The notes beneath the pieces are model-generated. The model was given only the letters and a program-made list of their open reading frames with translations. It searched no databases and was not told where the DNA came from. Made by a program: the position numbers and the translations under genes. 64,000 bases of DNA from Candidatus Woesearchaeota archaeon (lineage in GTDB: Archaea > Nanobdellota > Nanobdellia > Pacearchaeales > GW2011-AR1): the NCBI GenBank assembly GCA_964601175.1, contig CAZRMJ010000003.1, forward strand, positions 27-64,026. The letters run 5' to 3'. Each line of letters begins with the position of its first letter. The stretch's first letter is position 1. Shown here in pieces: positions 1 to 8,937 of the stretch.

Positions 1-81
1 GCTTTAGTAATCGAACAGAAAGAGTTTGCAATAGGTTATAAAAAATATTTTGAGATATTGTGGAAAATTGCAAAAAAATAA
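1..81 (+). CDS. 3' end of a CDS that begins upstream of the window (product unknown)
   Basis: Frame 1 reads ALVIEQKEFAIGYKKYFEILWKIAKK followed by TAA at 79-81. There is no start inside the window. Confidence 0.35.
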   Translation, partial: ALVIEQKEFAIGYKKYFEILWKIAKK

Positions 82-111
82 GTTTATAATATCTAAAAAA
101 TTAACAAAAAA

Positions 112-663
112 ATGAAAAACAAAAAAGTTTTAATATGGTCAATAATAGCCCTATTAATAATAGCAGCAATAATTATATCAAATAACATGGTATCCAAACA
201 CACAAAAGTCTTACTAGAAACAAATAAAGGAAACATAACATTAGAACTTTACACTGGTGAAATGAAGATTACTGCAGGAAATTTTGTAGATCTTGTAAAC
301 AAAGGATTCTACAATGGAGTAATTTTCCACAGAGTAATTGATGGGTTTATGATTCAAGGAGGAGATCCGACAGGTACAGGCATGGGTGGTCCGGAATATA
401 AAATAAAAGATGAATTTACAGGAACAACATTGGATGAAAATGATAGGGGCACAATATCTATGGCAAATGCAGGACCAAACACTGGAGGAAGTCAGTTTTT
501 CATAAACCTAGTAGACAATAATTTCTTGGATGGAAGGCACCCTGTATTTGGAAAAGTAATTGAAGGCATGGATGTAGTAGATACTATTGCTAAAGTTAAG
601 ACTAATTCACAAGATAGGCCATTAGAAGAAATAATTATAAACAAAGCAACAGTAATCAATTGA
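112..663 (+). CDS. Peptidyl-prolyl cis-trans isomerase, cyclophilin type, with N-terminal membrane anchor
   Basis: Cyclophilin motifs FHRVIDGFMIQGGDPTGTGMGGP, GPNTGGSQFFI and HPVFGKV. Hydrophobic N-terminus VLIWSIIALLIIAAIIIS. ATG at 112. Confidence 0.93.
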   Translation: MKNKKVLIWSIIALLIIAAIIISNNMVSKHTKVLLETNKGNITLELYTGEMKITAGNFVDLVNKGFYNGVIFHRVIDGFMIQGGDPTGTGMGGPEYKIKDEFTGTTLDENDRGTISMANAGPNTGGSQFFINLVDNNFLDGRHPVFGKVIEGMDVVDTIAKVKTNSQDRPLEEIIINKATVIN

Positions 664-1034
664 TGAAAATAAGGGATTTGATGAAAAAGCCAGTAGTTAT
701 AGAAAAAGATCTTAGTCTATCAGATGCTGCAAAAATAATGACTAAAAATTCAATAAACAGCATAATAATAGAAAAAAATGGAGAAATTTTAGGAATAATA
801 ACCCATCACGATTTGATAAAATATTTCGGTCAACAAAAGAAAGTATTTGAAGTAATGACTAAAAAGGTATTAAGCGTTAAAGAAACTGATAAAATACAAA
901 GGGCAATAGAAATCGTAAGAGAAGAAGGATATGGAATATTTCCTGTAACAGATTCTAAAGGAAAAATTGTCGGAATATTGGATTCTAAAGATCTATTAAA
1001 AGTCTGGGATGAAGATGACTTTATGATTGAGTAA
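663..1034 (+). CDS. CBS domain pair protein
   Basis: Two CBS-like units (VVIEKDLSLSDAAKIM...GIITHHDLIK and VLSVKETDKIQRAIEIV...VGILDSKDLLK). The track start at 660 is TTG. The ATG at 663 overlaps the PPIase TGA by 1 nt (TGATG). Confidence 0.8.
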   Translation: MKIRDLMKKPVVIEKDLSLSDAAKIMTKNSINSIIIEKNGEILGIITHHDLIKYFGQQKKVFEVMTKKVLSVKETDKIQRAIEIVREEGYGIFPVTDSKGKIVGILDSKDLLKVWDEDDFMIE

Positions 1035-1035
1035 A

Positions 1036-1287
1036 ATGATCTATTACTTACTAACCTTAATTCTAGCAATCCCTACAGGTTTTATTATAGCAAAACTAGC
1101 AAATGATGAACTAATAGATGGATTTAGATACATAAAATCCCTATTTGTAGCATCATTCATCTTAATGGCAATATCCTCATTTTATAATGAAGTATTCACG
1201 TTAAGCATGGGATTTATATGCATAGTTAGTTACATAAGCACCCTACTAAGATTTGACAAAAGATGGGCAACAGAAAGATTCAGATAA
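1036..1287 (+). CDS. Small membrane protein (unknown)
   Basis: Two or three hydrophobic helices. The in-frame ATG at 1036 lies 1 nt after the CBS stop, whereas the track start at 1027 is TTG. Confidence 0.5.
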   Translation: MIYYLLTLILAIPTGFIIAKLANDELIDGFRYIKSLFVASFILMAISSFYNEVFTLSMGFICIVSYISTLLRFDKRWATERFR

Positions 1288-1289
1288 TC

Positions 1290-1400
1290 AAAAAATCGAT
1301 ACACTTTCAATCATATGAATTTGATAAGTGTTCGATTTTTGGATGATCGAAGTGCTAACCACGACTTGATAGGAGTGGTTTAGGAAAGCACTTGCGACAT
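1290..1400. repeat. Conserved double-hairpin element, copy 1 (candidate structured RNA or regulatory element)
   Basis: AAAAATCGA (1291-1299) pairs with TCGATTTTT (1332-1340), enclosing the inner stem ACACTT/AAGTGT. Next come GGATGATCGA, a second hairpin AAGTGCT/AGCACTT with nested AACCAC/GTGGTT, and GCGACAT. The same architecture occurs at 4490-4596. Confidence 0.45.
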
Positions 1401-1433
1401 AAGGTATAAAAGGTAGTTTCAAAACTATTCTAT

Positions 1434-4211
1434 ATGGAAGATGTAAACCAAAATGAATTAGAAACAATAGAATTTTGGAAAAAAGACAAAACGTTTGAAA
1501 AATCTCTGAAAAACAAGAAAAAACAATATGTTTTCTATGATGGTCCTCCGTTTGCAACAGGACTTCCCCATTATGGACATCTTTTGTCTAGTACGATAAA
1601 AGACACAATACCTAGATTTTGGACAATGAAAGGATTCAAAGTAGAAAGAGTATGGGGTTGGGACTGTCACGGGTTACCTGTAGAAAGCATAGTAGAAAAA
1701 AAACTTAATTTCAAAAGTAAAAAAGAAATAGAAAACTTAGGAGTAGATAAATTCTGTAACGAATGCGAAAGTACTGTATTAAAATATGTCCATGATTGGA
1801 AGGGTTTTGTAGAAAGATTGGGAAGATGGGTAAATTTTGACAACTCTTACAAAACAATGGATACAAATTATATGGAATCTGTATGGTGGGCATTCAAAGA
1901 AATCTGGAATAAAGGATTGATATATGAAGGAAGAAAAGTCTTGATGTATTGTCCAAGATGTGAAACTCCATTATCAAACGCAGAAATAGCGATGGATAAT
2001 AGCTATAAGGATATCACAGAACCTTCTGTAACAGTAAAATTCAAAATAAAAGGAAAAAATGAATATTTCTTAGCGTGGACAACAACTCCTTGGACATTAA
2101 TAGGAAATGCCGCACTTGCAGTAAAAACAGATGCGCAATACGTCAAGGTAAAAAGCAACAAAGAAATCTACATATTAGCAGCAGATAGACTGTCTGAATT
2201 GAAAGATAGTCATGAAATAATTGGATCTTTTAAGGGAAAGGACCTACATGGAATAGAGTATGAACCATTATACTTCATAAAAAATGAAAAGAAAGGACAC
2301 TATGTAATAGATGAAAATGAAAATATTACTGTAACTGATGGTACTGGAATAGTTCATATGGCAGCATATGGAGAATTTGACTATTCTATGATAAAGAAAT
2401 TTGATCTTCCATTAATAGAACACATAGGATTAGATGGAAAATTAAAAGAAGGTCCAACAGAATGGAAGGGACTATGGTTTAAAACATTAGATAAAGAAGT
2501 AGTAAAAGACCTTGAAAAAAGGAACCTTTTATACAAAATACAAAATAATAAACACAGTTACCCTTTCTGTTACAGATGCGATACTCCTTTATTTTACGCA
2601 CCACTCCCTTCTATGTTCATAAACATACAAAAGGTGAAAAAAGATATTCTAAAAAATAACGAAAAAATAAATTGGTACCCAAACCACCTAAAAGAAGGAA
2701 GATTCAAAAACAATATCTTAAACGCTCCAGATTGGAATATCTCAAGAAATAGATATTGGGCTTCAGTAATCCCTGTGTGGAAATGCTCTTGCGGAGAAAT
2801 AAAAGTAATAGGCAGCATAAAAGAACTAAAAGATAATGCAATAAATTTCCCAAAAAAAATTGACCTGCATAAACCAGTAATGGACAAAGTTAGATTAAAA
2901 TGCAAATGTGGTAAAGAAATGTCCAGAGTTCCAGAGGTTTTAGATTGCTGGTTTGAATCAGGATTAATGCCCTTTGCACAGGTACACTATCCATTTGAGA
3001 ATGAAAAATGGTTCAAAGAAAACTTCCCAGGAGATTTTATTTCTGAATATATTGCTCAAACAAGAACTTGGTTCTACTACATGCTAGCATCTTCAACTAT
3101 ATTATTCAATAAACCGTCTTTCAAAAATGTAGTAACAACTGGAACAATCTTAGCATCAGATGGTCAAAAAATGAGTAAATCAAAAAATAATTACCCCGAC
3201 CCGATGAATTTAATTTCAAAATATGGTGCGGATTCTTTAAGATTCTACTTACTAGGATCTCCAATAATGTCCTCTGAAGATATTAATTTTTCAGATAAAG
3301 GTGTTGAAGAGGTTTACAAAAAAATAATTTTAATCTTATCTAATACGTTGAATTTCTATCTGATAAATTCAAAAGGAAAAAGTATCATGCCTAAAAGAAC
3401 CAAGATACTCGATAAATGGATCCTATCTAGAATAGCAGAACTAGGTCTTTCAGTAAACTCAAGTTTAACGAGCTACGACACCATAAATGCTGCAAAGGAA
3501 ATTTCTAAGTTTGTAGATGATCTTTCTACATGGTATGTTAGAAGAAGTAGAGAAAGATTCAACGAACAAGAAGCAGAAAACGCAAGAGCGGTACTCAAAA
3601 AAGTACTCAATGATTTTGCAATAATTTCAGCACCAATGTTACCATTTATGTCTGAAAAAGTATATAGAACAATTAATGAAAATAAAGAATCCGTACATCT
3701 GCAAAATTGGATTGAATATTCTAAAAAAGAAGTAGATCAAAAAGTCATAGAATCTATGTCTAAAGTAAGGAAAATTGTAAGTGAAGCTCTAAAAATAAGA
3801 GATACAAATAAGATTCAAGTAAGACAACCACTAAAGGAGCTAACTATCCCAATTAAACTTGAAGATGAATTTTTAGAAATAATTGCCGATGAAGTAAATG
3901 TAAAAAAAGTAGTTTACAACAAATCAGATCAAATATCCCTAGACTTAGAAATAACTCCAGAATTAGAAGCAGAAGGATTTGCTAGAGAAATAGCAAGAAA
4001 AATACAAAGTGCTAGAAAAGAAAAAGATATGAAAAAAGAAGAACGTATAGTCTTAGAATTAAAAATAAGTGAAAATCTTAAAAAAAGATTATCAGAATAT
4101 CTAGAATTTATATCTAAAAGAGTTGGAGCAAGCAAATTGATACTTTCAGACAAAGACAAAGGATTTACAAATTTTGAATTAAAAGGAGAAACCATAGGTT
4201 TCAAATTTTAA
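1434..4211 (+). CDS. ileS: Isoleucyl-tRNA synthetase (archaeal/eukaryote-like type)
   Basis: HIGH region PPFATGLPHYGHLL, GWDCHGLPVE, editing-domain-length insert, WNISRNRYWASVIPVW, KMSKS loop QKMSKSKNN. 925 aa. Confidence 0.93.
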   Translation: MEDVNQNELETIEFWKKDKTFEKSLKNKKKQYVFYDGPPFATGLPHYGHLLSSTIKDTIPRFWTMKGFKVERVWGWDCHGLPVESIVEKKLNFKSKKEIENLGVDKFCNECESTVLKYVHDWKGFVERLGRWVNFDNSYKTMDTNYMESVWWAFKEIWNKGLIYEGRKVLMYCPRCETPLSNAEIAMDNSYKDITEPSVTVKFKIKGKNEYFLAWTTTPWTLIGNAALAVKTDAQYVKVKSNKEIYILAADRLSELKDSHEIIGSFKGKDLHGIEYEPLYFIKNEKKGHYVIDENENITVTDGTGIVHMAAYGEFDYSMIKKFDLPLIEHIGLDGKLKEGPTEWKGLWFKTLDKEVVKDLEKRNLLYKIQNNKHSYPFCYRCDTPLFYAPLPSMFINIQKVKKDILKNNEKINWYPNHLKEGRFKNNILNAPDWNISRNRYWASVIPVWKCSCGEIKVIGSIKELKDNAINFPKKIDLHKPVMDKVRLKCKCGKEMSRVPEVLDCWFESGLMPFAQVHYPFENEKWFKENFPGDFISEYIAQTRTWFYYMLASSTILFNKPSFKNVVTTGTILASDGQKMSKSKNNYPDPMNLISKYGADSLRFYLLGSPIMSSEDINFSDKGVEEVYKKIILILSNTLNFYLINSKGKSIMPKRTKILDKWILSRIAELGLSVNSSLTSYDTINAAKEISKFVDDLSTWYVRRSRERFNEQEAENARAVLKKVLNDFAIISAPMLPFMSEKVYRTINENKESVHLQNWIEYSKKEVDQKVIESMSKVRKIVSEALKIRDTNKIQVRQPLKELTIPIKLEDEFLEIIADEVNVKKVVYNKSDQISLDLEITPELEAEGFAREIARKIQSARKEKDMKKEERIVLELKISENLKKRLSEYLEFISKRVGASKLILSDKDKGFTNFELKGETIGFKF

Positions 4212-4263
4212 AGAATTGAAAAAATAAAGAAACATTTTTATCCCCTGGATTTACATCCACTAA

Positions 4264-4458
4264 ATGGAAGAAGAAAACAAAAAAACAGAAGAAGAGCAGT
4301 CTGAAGAGGCTGAAGATTCTGAGATTTCCGAAGAAGAAACATCTGAAATGGAAGATGAATCCGAGACATCAGAAGAGTCCGAGGATTCAGAAGATTCAGA
4401 TGATTCTGATGAATCTGAAGAAGATTCTAAGGAAGAAGAATCAAAAGAAGAGAATTAA
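4264..4458 (+). CDS. Highly acidic Glu/Ser/Asp-rich small protein (unknown)
   Basis: 64-aa ORF that is almost entirely E/S/D. It is low complexity, so coding status is uncertain. No competing ORF. Confidence 0.4.
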   Translation: MEEENKKTEEEQSEEAEDSEISEEETSEMEDESETSEESEDSEDSDDSDESEEDSKEEESKEEN

Positions 4459-4489
4459 TCTCTTATAAAGAATAATTTTTATTTTTATT

Positions 4490-4596
4490 AAAAAATCGAT
4501 GCATCATCTTACAATTTAATATCATGTCTGATGAATGCTCGATTTTTAGATGATCGAAGTGTCTAATACATTCAAAATGAAAGACACTGTCGACAT
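4490..4596. repeat. Conserved double-hairpin element, copy 2
   Basis: AAAAATCGA (4491-4499) pairs with TCGATTTTT (4539-4547). The inner stem is GCATCATC/GATGAATGC (one bulge). Next come AGATGATCGA, the hairpin AGTGTCT/AGACACT and GTCGACAT. Confidence 0.45.
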
Positions 4597-4633
4597 TAAA
4601 AAAACTTATAAATAGGAAAAAATTAGGAAAGGG

Positions 4634-5491
4634 ATGTTAAAAAGAGGCATAACCCTTACAATACTAGGAATATTGCTTACAGCATACCTCGCTGGAGCTT
4701 TATCTGTTCAAAAAACAGAATTTGTTATTAAAACAGATCCTTATCAAAATCTAAGTGTCTCTATACTTAACCCAGACAGTAAAGAAGGCATAGAGTTATA
4801 TCAAGGTAGGGCTCGTAAATTTGGAGAATATAGATTCACATATTATGGAACAATAAGCAAAGTCCTTGTTGATGCATCAATAATAAATAATGAAACAGGA
4901 GAAACGGTTAAAGAAAGAGAATTTGGACCATATACTCTTGGAACCCCTATAGTTAGTATAGATTTCTACTTAGAAGATAAAGAAACAGAAGGAATAGAAG
5001 AAAATAACATTACAGAGAAAAATGAAACAAATTCAACAGTATCTGAAACTCCAGCAACAAAAAACAAATTAATAGGCTTTGTAACTGGTGGAAGCGGAGA
5101 ATTCTCAAATGTTTACTACTATGTTGCAGCAGGAGCTTTGGGATTAATAGTAGTTCTAGTAGTATTCAAGAGAAAAATAAAAGTTAACAACGCCCCATCA
5201 GAACCAAATCCGAAAAAAACTAAAGCTAAACAAACCGAGAGGCCTGCAAAAATAGAAGCAATTGTTAAAGCTCCACAAAAAGCAGAAGAAAGCAATGTAA
5301 ATGACACAGAAAAAAAGATATTGGAGCTCCAAAAACAGTTAGACCAAATAAGAAGCGAAGAAAAGCTAGCAAAGTTACAAAAACAAATTAAGCTAGAAAA
5401 AGAATCTCTGCAAAGAATGAATAACAATTTAGAAGATAAAAATTCTTCTCAAAATAACCAAAACAATAATGAAGAAACTAAGAGCTTCTAA
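4634..5491 (+). CDS. Membrane protein with extracellular N-domain, one internal TM helix and a K/E/Q-rich coiled-coil tail
   Basis: Signal/anchor LTILGILLTAYLAGAL, internal TM YYYVAAGALGLIVVLVVF, then a charged heptad-like tail (KKILELQKQLDQIRSEEKLAKLQKQ). Confidence 0.6.
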   Translation: MLKRGITLTILGILLTAYLAGALSVQKTEFVIKTDPYQNLSVSILNPDSKEGIELYQGRARKFGEYRFTYYGTISKVLVDASIINNETGETVKEREFGPYTLGTPIVSIDFYLEDKETEGIEENNITEKNETNSTVSETPATKNKLIGFVTGGSGEFSNVYYYVAAGALGLIVVLVVFKRKIKVNNAPSEPNPKKTKAKQTERPAKIEAIVKAPQKAEESNVNDTEKKILELQKQLDQIRSEEKLAKLQKQIKLEKESLQRMNNNLEDKNSSQNNQNNNEETKSF

Positions 5492-6626
5492 TAAGTTTAC
5501 TTCTTTTTAACATAGCTTCCTTTACTCTGTCTAATGCAATCTTATTAGCAGAATCTCTTGGAGAAATTGAAAGCTTTTGAGATGTAGAAAGCACAAGATC
5601 TGTATTTTTAGTAATCTTGTCCTTCACAGTTTTATACATATATTTAGCGTCTTTTCCAATATATTCAACCCAACTAGATATAACTCCCCCAGCATTAGCC
5701 ACAAAATCTGGAACAATCATAATTTTCTTACTTAATTCCTCTTCAACATCTAAAGGAATAGGAATGTTAGCTGCTTCTACAATGATCTTAGCCTGTATCG
5801 AACTCATATTGTGCCTATTAATGACATCGGGAAGAGCTCCAGGAATTAAAACATCAACCGGAAGCTCAAATAACTTATGACCTAGCAAAATTCTTCCTTT
5901 ACCTGCAGTAACTGTACCCTTGGACATTTTTATTTTCTCTATATCTTCAAAAGATAAACCGTCTTCATTATACAAACAACCCTTACTATCGCTTATTGCA
6001 ACAATCTTAGCCCCTGCTTCTTGTAAATGTCTAAATGTAAAAGAACCAACATTTCCAAAACCTTCAATAGCAATTGTAGCCCCAGATATTGGAATCTTAG
6101 CATGCTTTAATGCTACTTGGGTAGCATAATTAACTCCTAATCCAGTACTTCCAAGTTCATGCGGAAGCCCACAAACTTTCTTTCCTTTTATTATCTTACA
6201 ATAATCAAGAGGTTTCCCAGTAGCAGAATTAAAGTTACCATTAGCTTCAACAAATGTCTTCATTTCATTTTCAGTAGTATTTATATCAGGACCAGCAATA
6301 TATTCACTAGGTACAAGATGTTTAAGGGCTCTAGCAAAAGCTTTTACAAAATCATCTTTCTTATCTTGATGAACTGCTTTATCATATATAATTCCGCTTT
6401 TTCCACCTCCAAAAGGCAAACCAGCTAAAGAATTCTTAAGAGTCATAGCTCTAGCAAGTCTAAAAACCTCTCTAGCATTAACAGTAGGAGTCATTCTAAT
6501 TCCTCCTTTAGCAGGACCAAGAGCAGTGTTATCTATTACAGTAAAACCCCTCATACCAGTAGAAGGATCATAAACCTCTACAACTTTTTCCGGACCAATA
6601 TCATCATTAAAATCTGACAATTCCAT
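5478..6626 (-). CDS. Glu/Leu/Phe/Val dehydrogenase family protein (glutamate dehydrogenase-like)
   Basis: GPAKGGIRMTP, catalytic-Lys motif PFGGGKSGI, dinucleotide fold IEGFGNVG. 382 aa. Tail-to-tail 14-nt overlap with 4634-5491. Confidence 0.88.
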   Translation of the reverse strand: MELSDFNDDIGPEKVVEVYDPSTGMRGFTVIDNTALGPAKGGIRMTPTVNAREVFRLARAMTLKNSLAGLPFGGGKSGIIYDKAVHQDKKDDFVKAFARALKHLVPSEYIAGPDINTTENEMKTFVEANGNFNSATGKPLDYCKIIKGKKVCGLPHELGSTGLGVNYATQVALKHAKIPISGATIAIEGFGNVGSFTFRHLQEAGAKIVAISDSKGCLYNEDGLSFEDIEKIKMSKGTVTAGKGRILLGHKLFELPVDVLIPGALPDVINRHNMSSIQAKIIVEAANIPIPLDVEEELSKKIMIVPDFVANAGGVISSWVEYIGKDAKYMYKTVKDKITKNTDLVLSTSQKLSISPRDSANKIALDRVKEAMLKRSKLIRSS

Positions 6627-6670
6627 CTTACCTCAAAAATGAAAGAAAAAACCCATTAATAAATATATTG

Positions 6671-7684
6671 TCACCAGCATCTATCTGGAGGACTATTGAG
6701 AAACTCTCCAATAAGAGAAACTGCATCTTCTATATCATCCTTAGAAGCGGCACCTATAGGAGTATGAATATTTGCCACAGCAACACCTATTACTGCAGAA
6801 GGAATCCCGCCTTTAGCTGCAAAAACAGAACTAGCATCAGTAGTTCCAACTTCACTAACTTCAAGTTGAAGCTTAATCTTTTTCTTCTTAGCAATGCGTT
6901 CAATAGCTTCATTTAGACATTTATTGCCGATCATTTCTGCATCCTTTATAGTCAAATAAGGTCCATTTCCCAAAAGCATCCTATCTCCATCATCATCGTG
7001 CGCAGTCACATCAACTGCTAAAGCATAATCCGAAGTCAAATTATAAAATGAAGTTTTTGAACCATAAAGTCCAACTTCCTCTTGAACTGTAAAAACAAAA
7101 ATGATCTCATGTTTAGTTTTTAATTTACGCATAACTTCCAACAATATATAACAACCCACTCTATCATCAAGTGCTTTCCCTGCAATTATATCTTTATGTC
7201 CAAGACTACAAAAATCTGATGACCTTGAAAAAGAAATATAAGATCCAACTTTAATCCCTAAATTTCCAAGAGCCTTCTTATTTAATCCCGTAAAAACAAA
7301 TAAAGATTCCATATTTATCTTCTTTTCTCCAGCAGAATCATTCAAAATTTCTTTAGTAGTAATTATTCCATTTATATGGCCTTTAGAAGTTTCTATTTCA
7401 ACCCTATGTCCGACTAATATTACTGGATCTATTCCGCCTATTGAGCTCAAATGTATTTTTCCATCACTTTCAATAGAGCTTACCATTAAACCAATTTCAT
7501 CCATATGAGCCATCAAAAGAACTGAAGGAGAAACACCTTTTTTTCTAGCTACAACATTGCCCATTTTGTCTATAAAAACATCCTTGCAATATTTTTTAGC
7601 TTCCTTATAGATAAAAGATCTTACAACTTTCTCATCTCCGCTTATTCCCTTCAAATTTATCAAATTTTCAAGAAGCTTCATCAT
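6671..7684 (-). CDS. M42 family metallopeptidase (TET/FrvX-like aminopeptidase)
   Basis: MAHMDEIGLMV, GKALDDRVGC, VQEEVGLYG and a C-terminal HTP motif, all typical of M42. Confidence 0.88.
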   Translation of the reverse strand: MMKLLENLINLKGISGDEKVVRSFIYKEAKKYCKDVFIDKMGNVVARKKGVSPSVLLMAHMDEIGLMVSSIESDGKIHLSSIGGIDPVILVGHRVEIETSKGHINGIITTKEILNDSAGEKKINMESLFVFTGLNKKALGNLGIKVGSYISFSRSSDFCSLGHKDIIAGKALDDRVGCYILLEVMRKLKTKHEIIFVFTVQEEVGLYGSKTSFYNLTSDYALAVDVTAHDDDGDRMLLGNGPYLTIKDAEMIGNKCLNEAIERIAKKKKIKLQLEVSEVGTTDASSVFAAKGGIPSAVIGVAVANIHTPIGAASKDDIEDAVSLIGEFLNSPPDRCW

Positions 7685-7719
7685 CCCTCAAGAGAATCTG
7701 TAAAAAGATTTATTTAAAC

Positions 7720-8853
7720 TTAACCAAATCTGTTATTTACATAATCAACAAGAGCACTGCCATTAAGTTTTATTGTAGAAGGACCATTCCTAACATAAAA
7801 GTCCTCATTATTATTGTCCTTAACAAATACTCTCTTATCACTAGGAAAACATTCAATCTTAAGAACTTTTTTATTATCAATCTCAAACAAATCATAATTA
7901 ACTAAATGCATTAACTGAGTGCCTATGTTATCTTTAATCAGATTATTCAAATGCAATTTAAGCTTATCATCATTTATGAAAGAATCTCTTTCTAATCCAA
8001 GTATCTCGCCATTATCTGAAACTCCTACTATTAAAGTTCCTCCATTTGTATTAAGGTAAGCAGCAATAGTTTTAAGCAAAGCATTTTCTATATTTTTATC
8101 TATAGAATTAGTATGCAGATTTGTTCTAATAGAAGACTTAAATTCAACTTTTGGACCTTCTCCTGCAGAAATTATAGATCTTATTTTTTGAATATGAGCT
8201 TCTGGATTTTTTTCCGATTTCAATAACTTAGGACTTCTCCTAATAGCTCCAGCGATTAATCCACTTATTGGATTGCCAAAACCTTTTTTCTTATATATGT
8301 AACCTCCAGCAGAAACAAAAAAAGCAGCAAAAGCATCTATTATCAAGTCTATCTCAACAACTCCAGTACCAACATTAGTTAATCCAAAACCCAATATATT
8401 ATCTAATGAAAACTCCAGAACTTCCCAAATTGCCCCAAAAGAAAAAGACAACGAAAATGCAATTAATATAGTCATAAATGGGCTAGAATCCAAATGCTCA
8501 TGTTCTTCCAAAACAAGAATTATGGTCAAGCCAACGAAACTCAATGCAACAGATGCCACTGCTTTAAGTAAAATATCCCACCACAAACCTGAGAAAACTC
8601 CTCTTACTTCTCCTAAAAACAAAGACCCATAAATTATCAAAACTATTGCTATCTGCATACCACTTCCCGTTTTCAAACCAAACCGATTAAGAATTTTAGG
8701 TAAAAAGGTGGCAAAAAAAGCGAAAACACAAAAAGCCATAACTAATTCCCTTGATCCTCTAAAAGCTTCTATAAATCCAATTATCAAAACGAGCCTAAGA
8801 GTGTTAGTAACAAATGATCCAACCGAAACTTTCTGAAAGAGCCTTTTAAGCAT
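7720..8853 (-). CDS. Polytopic membrane domain fused to a C-terminal AlbA_2 (Schlafen-like) domain
   Basis: About 6-7 hydrophobic helices in the N-terminal ~215 aa. The C-terminus reads EGPKVEFKSS...LLKTIAAYLNTNGGTLIVGVSDNGEILGL...FYVRNGPST, matching the AlbA_2 pattern. The track start at 8919 is GTG. An ATG at 8853 (MLKRLF) leaves a plausible divergent promoter gap. Confidence 0.7.
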   Translation of the reverse strand: MLKRLFQKVSVGSFVTNTLRLVLIIGFIEAFRGSRELVMAFCVFAFFATFLPKILNRFGLKTGSGMQIAIVLIIYGSLFLGEVRGVFSGLWWDILLKAVASVALSFVGLTIILVLEEHEHLDSSPFMTILIAFSLSFSFGAIWEVLEFSLDNILGFGLTNVGTGVVEIDLIIDAFAAFFVSAGGYIYKKKGFGNPISGLIAGAIRRSPKLLKSEKNPEAHIQKIRSIISAGEGPKVEFKSSIRTNLHTNSIDKNIENALLKTIAAYLNTNGGTLIVGVSDNGEILGLERDSFINDDKLKLHLNNLIKDNIGTQLMHLVNYDLFEIDNKKVLKIECFPSDKRVFVKDNNNEDFYVRNGPSTIKLNGSALVDYVNNRFG

Positions 8854-8937
8854 ATTAAAACAATAAGACAATATTATAAAAAAATATGCTTTATGCAAAA
8901 TAGCATATGTTAAATACACTAAAATAATACTATAAAC

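Noticed and set aside
1290-1433. A T-box or riboswitch-like leader controlling ileS.
   Set aside because: T-boxes are bacterial. A second copy precedes an unrelated membrane-protein gene. A TATA-like box lies between the element and the start codon, so the element is probably not in the mRNA leader.
1288-1557. An 89-aa minus-strand ORF that covers hairpin element copy 1 and the ileS start.
   Set aside because: It overlaps the well-supported ileS 5' end in antisense. The conserved pairing pattern explains the sequence better than coding does.
1290-4596. Classifying the hairpin element as a box C/D or H/ACA guide RNA.
   Set aside because: GATGATCGA and CGAC do not match RUGAUGA/CUGA. The ACA is present, but there is no two-sided pseudouridylation pocket and no clear K-turn. 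The element is left as an unclassified structured element.
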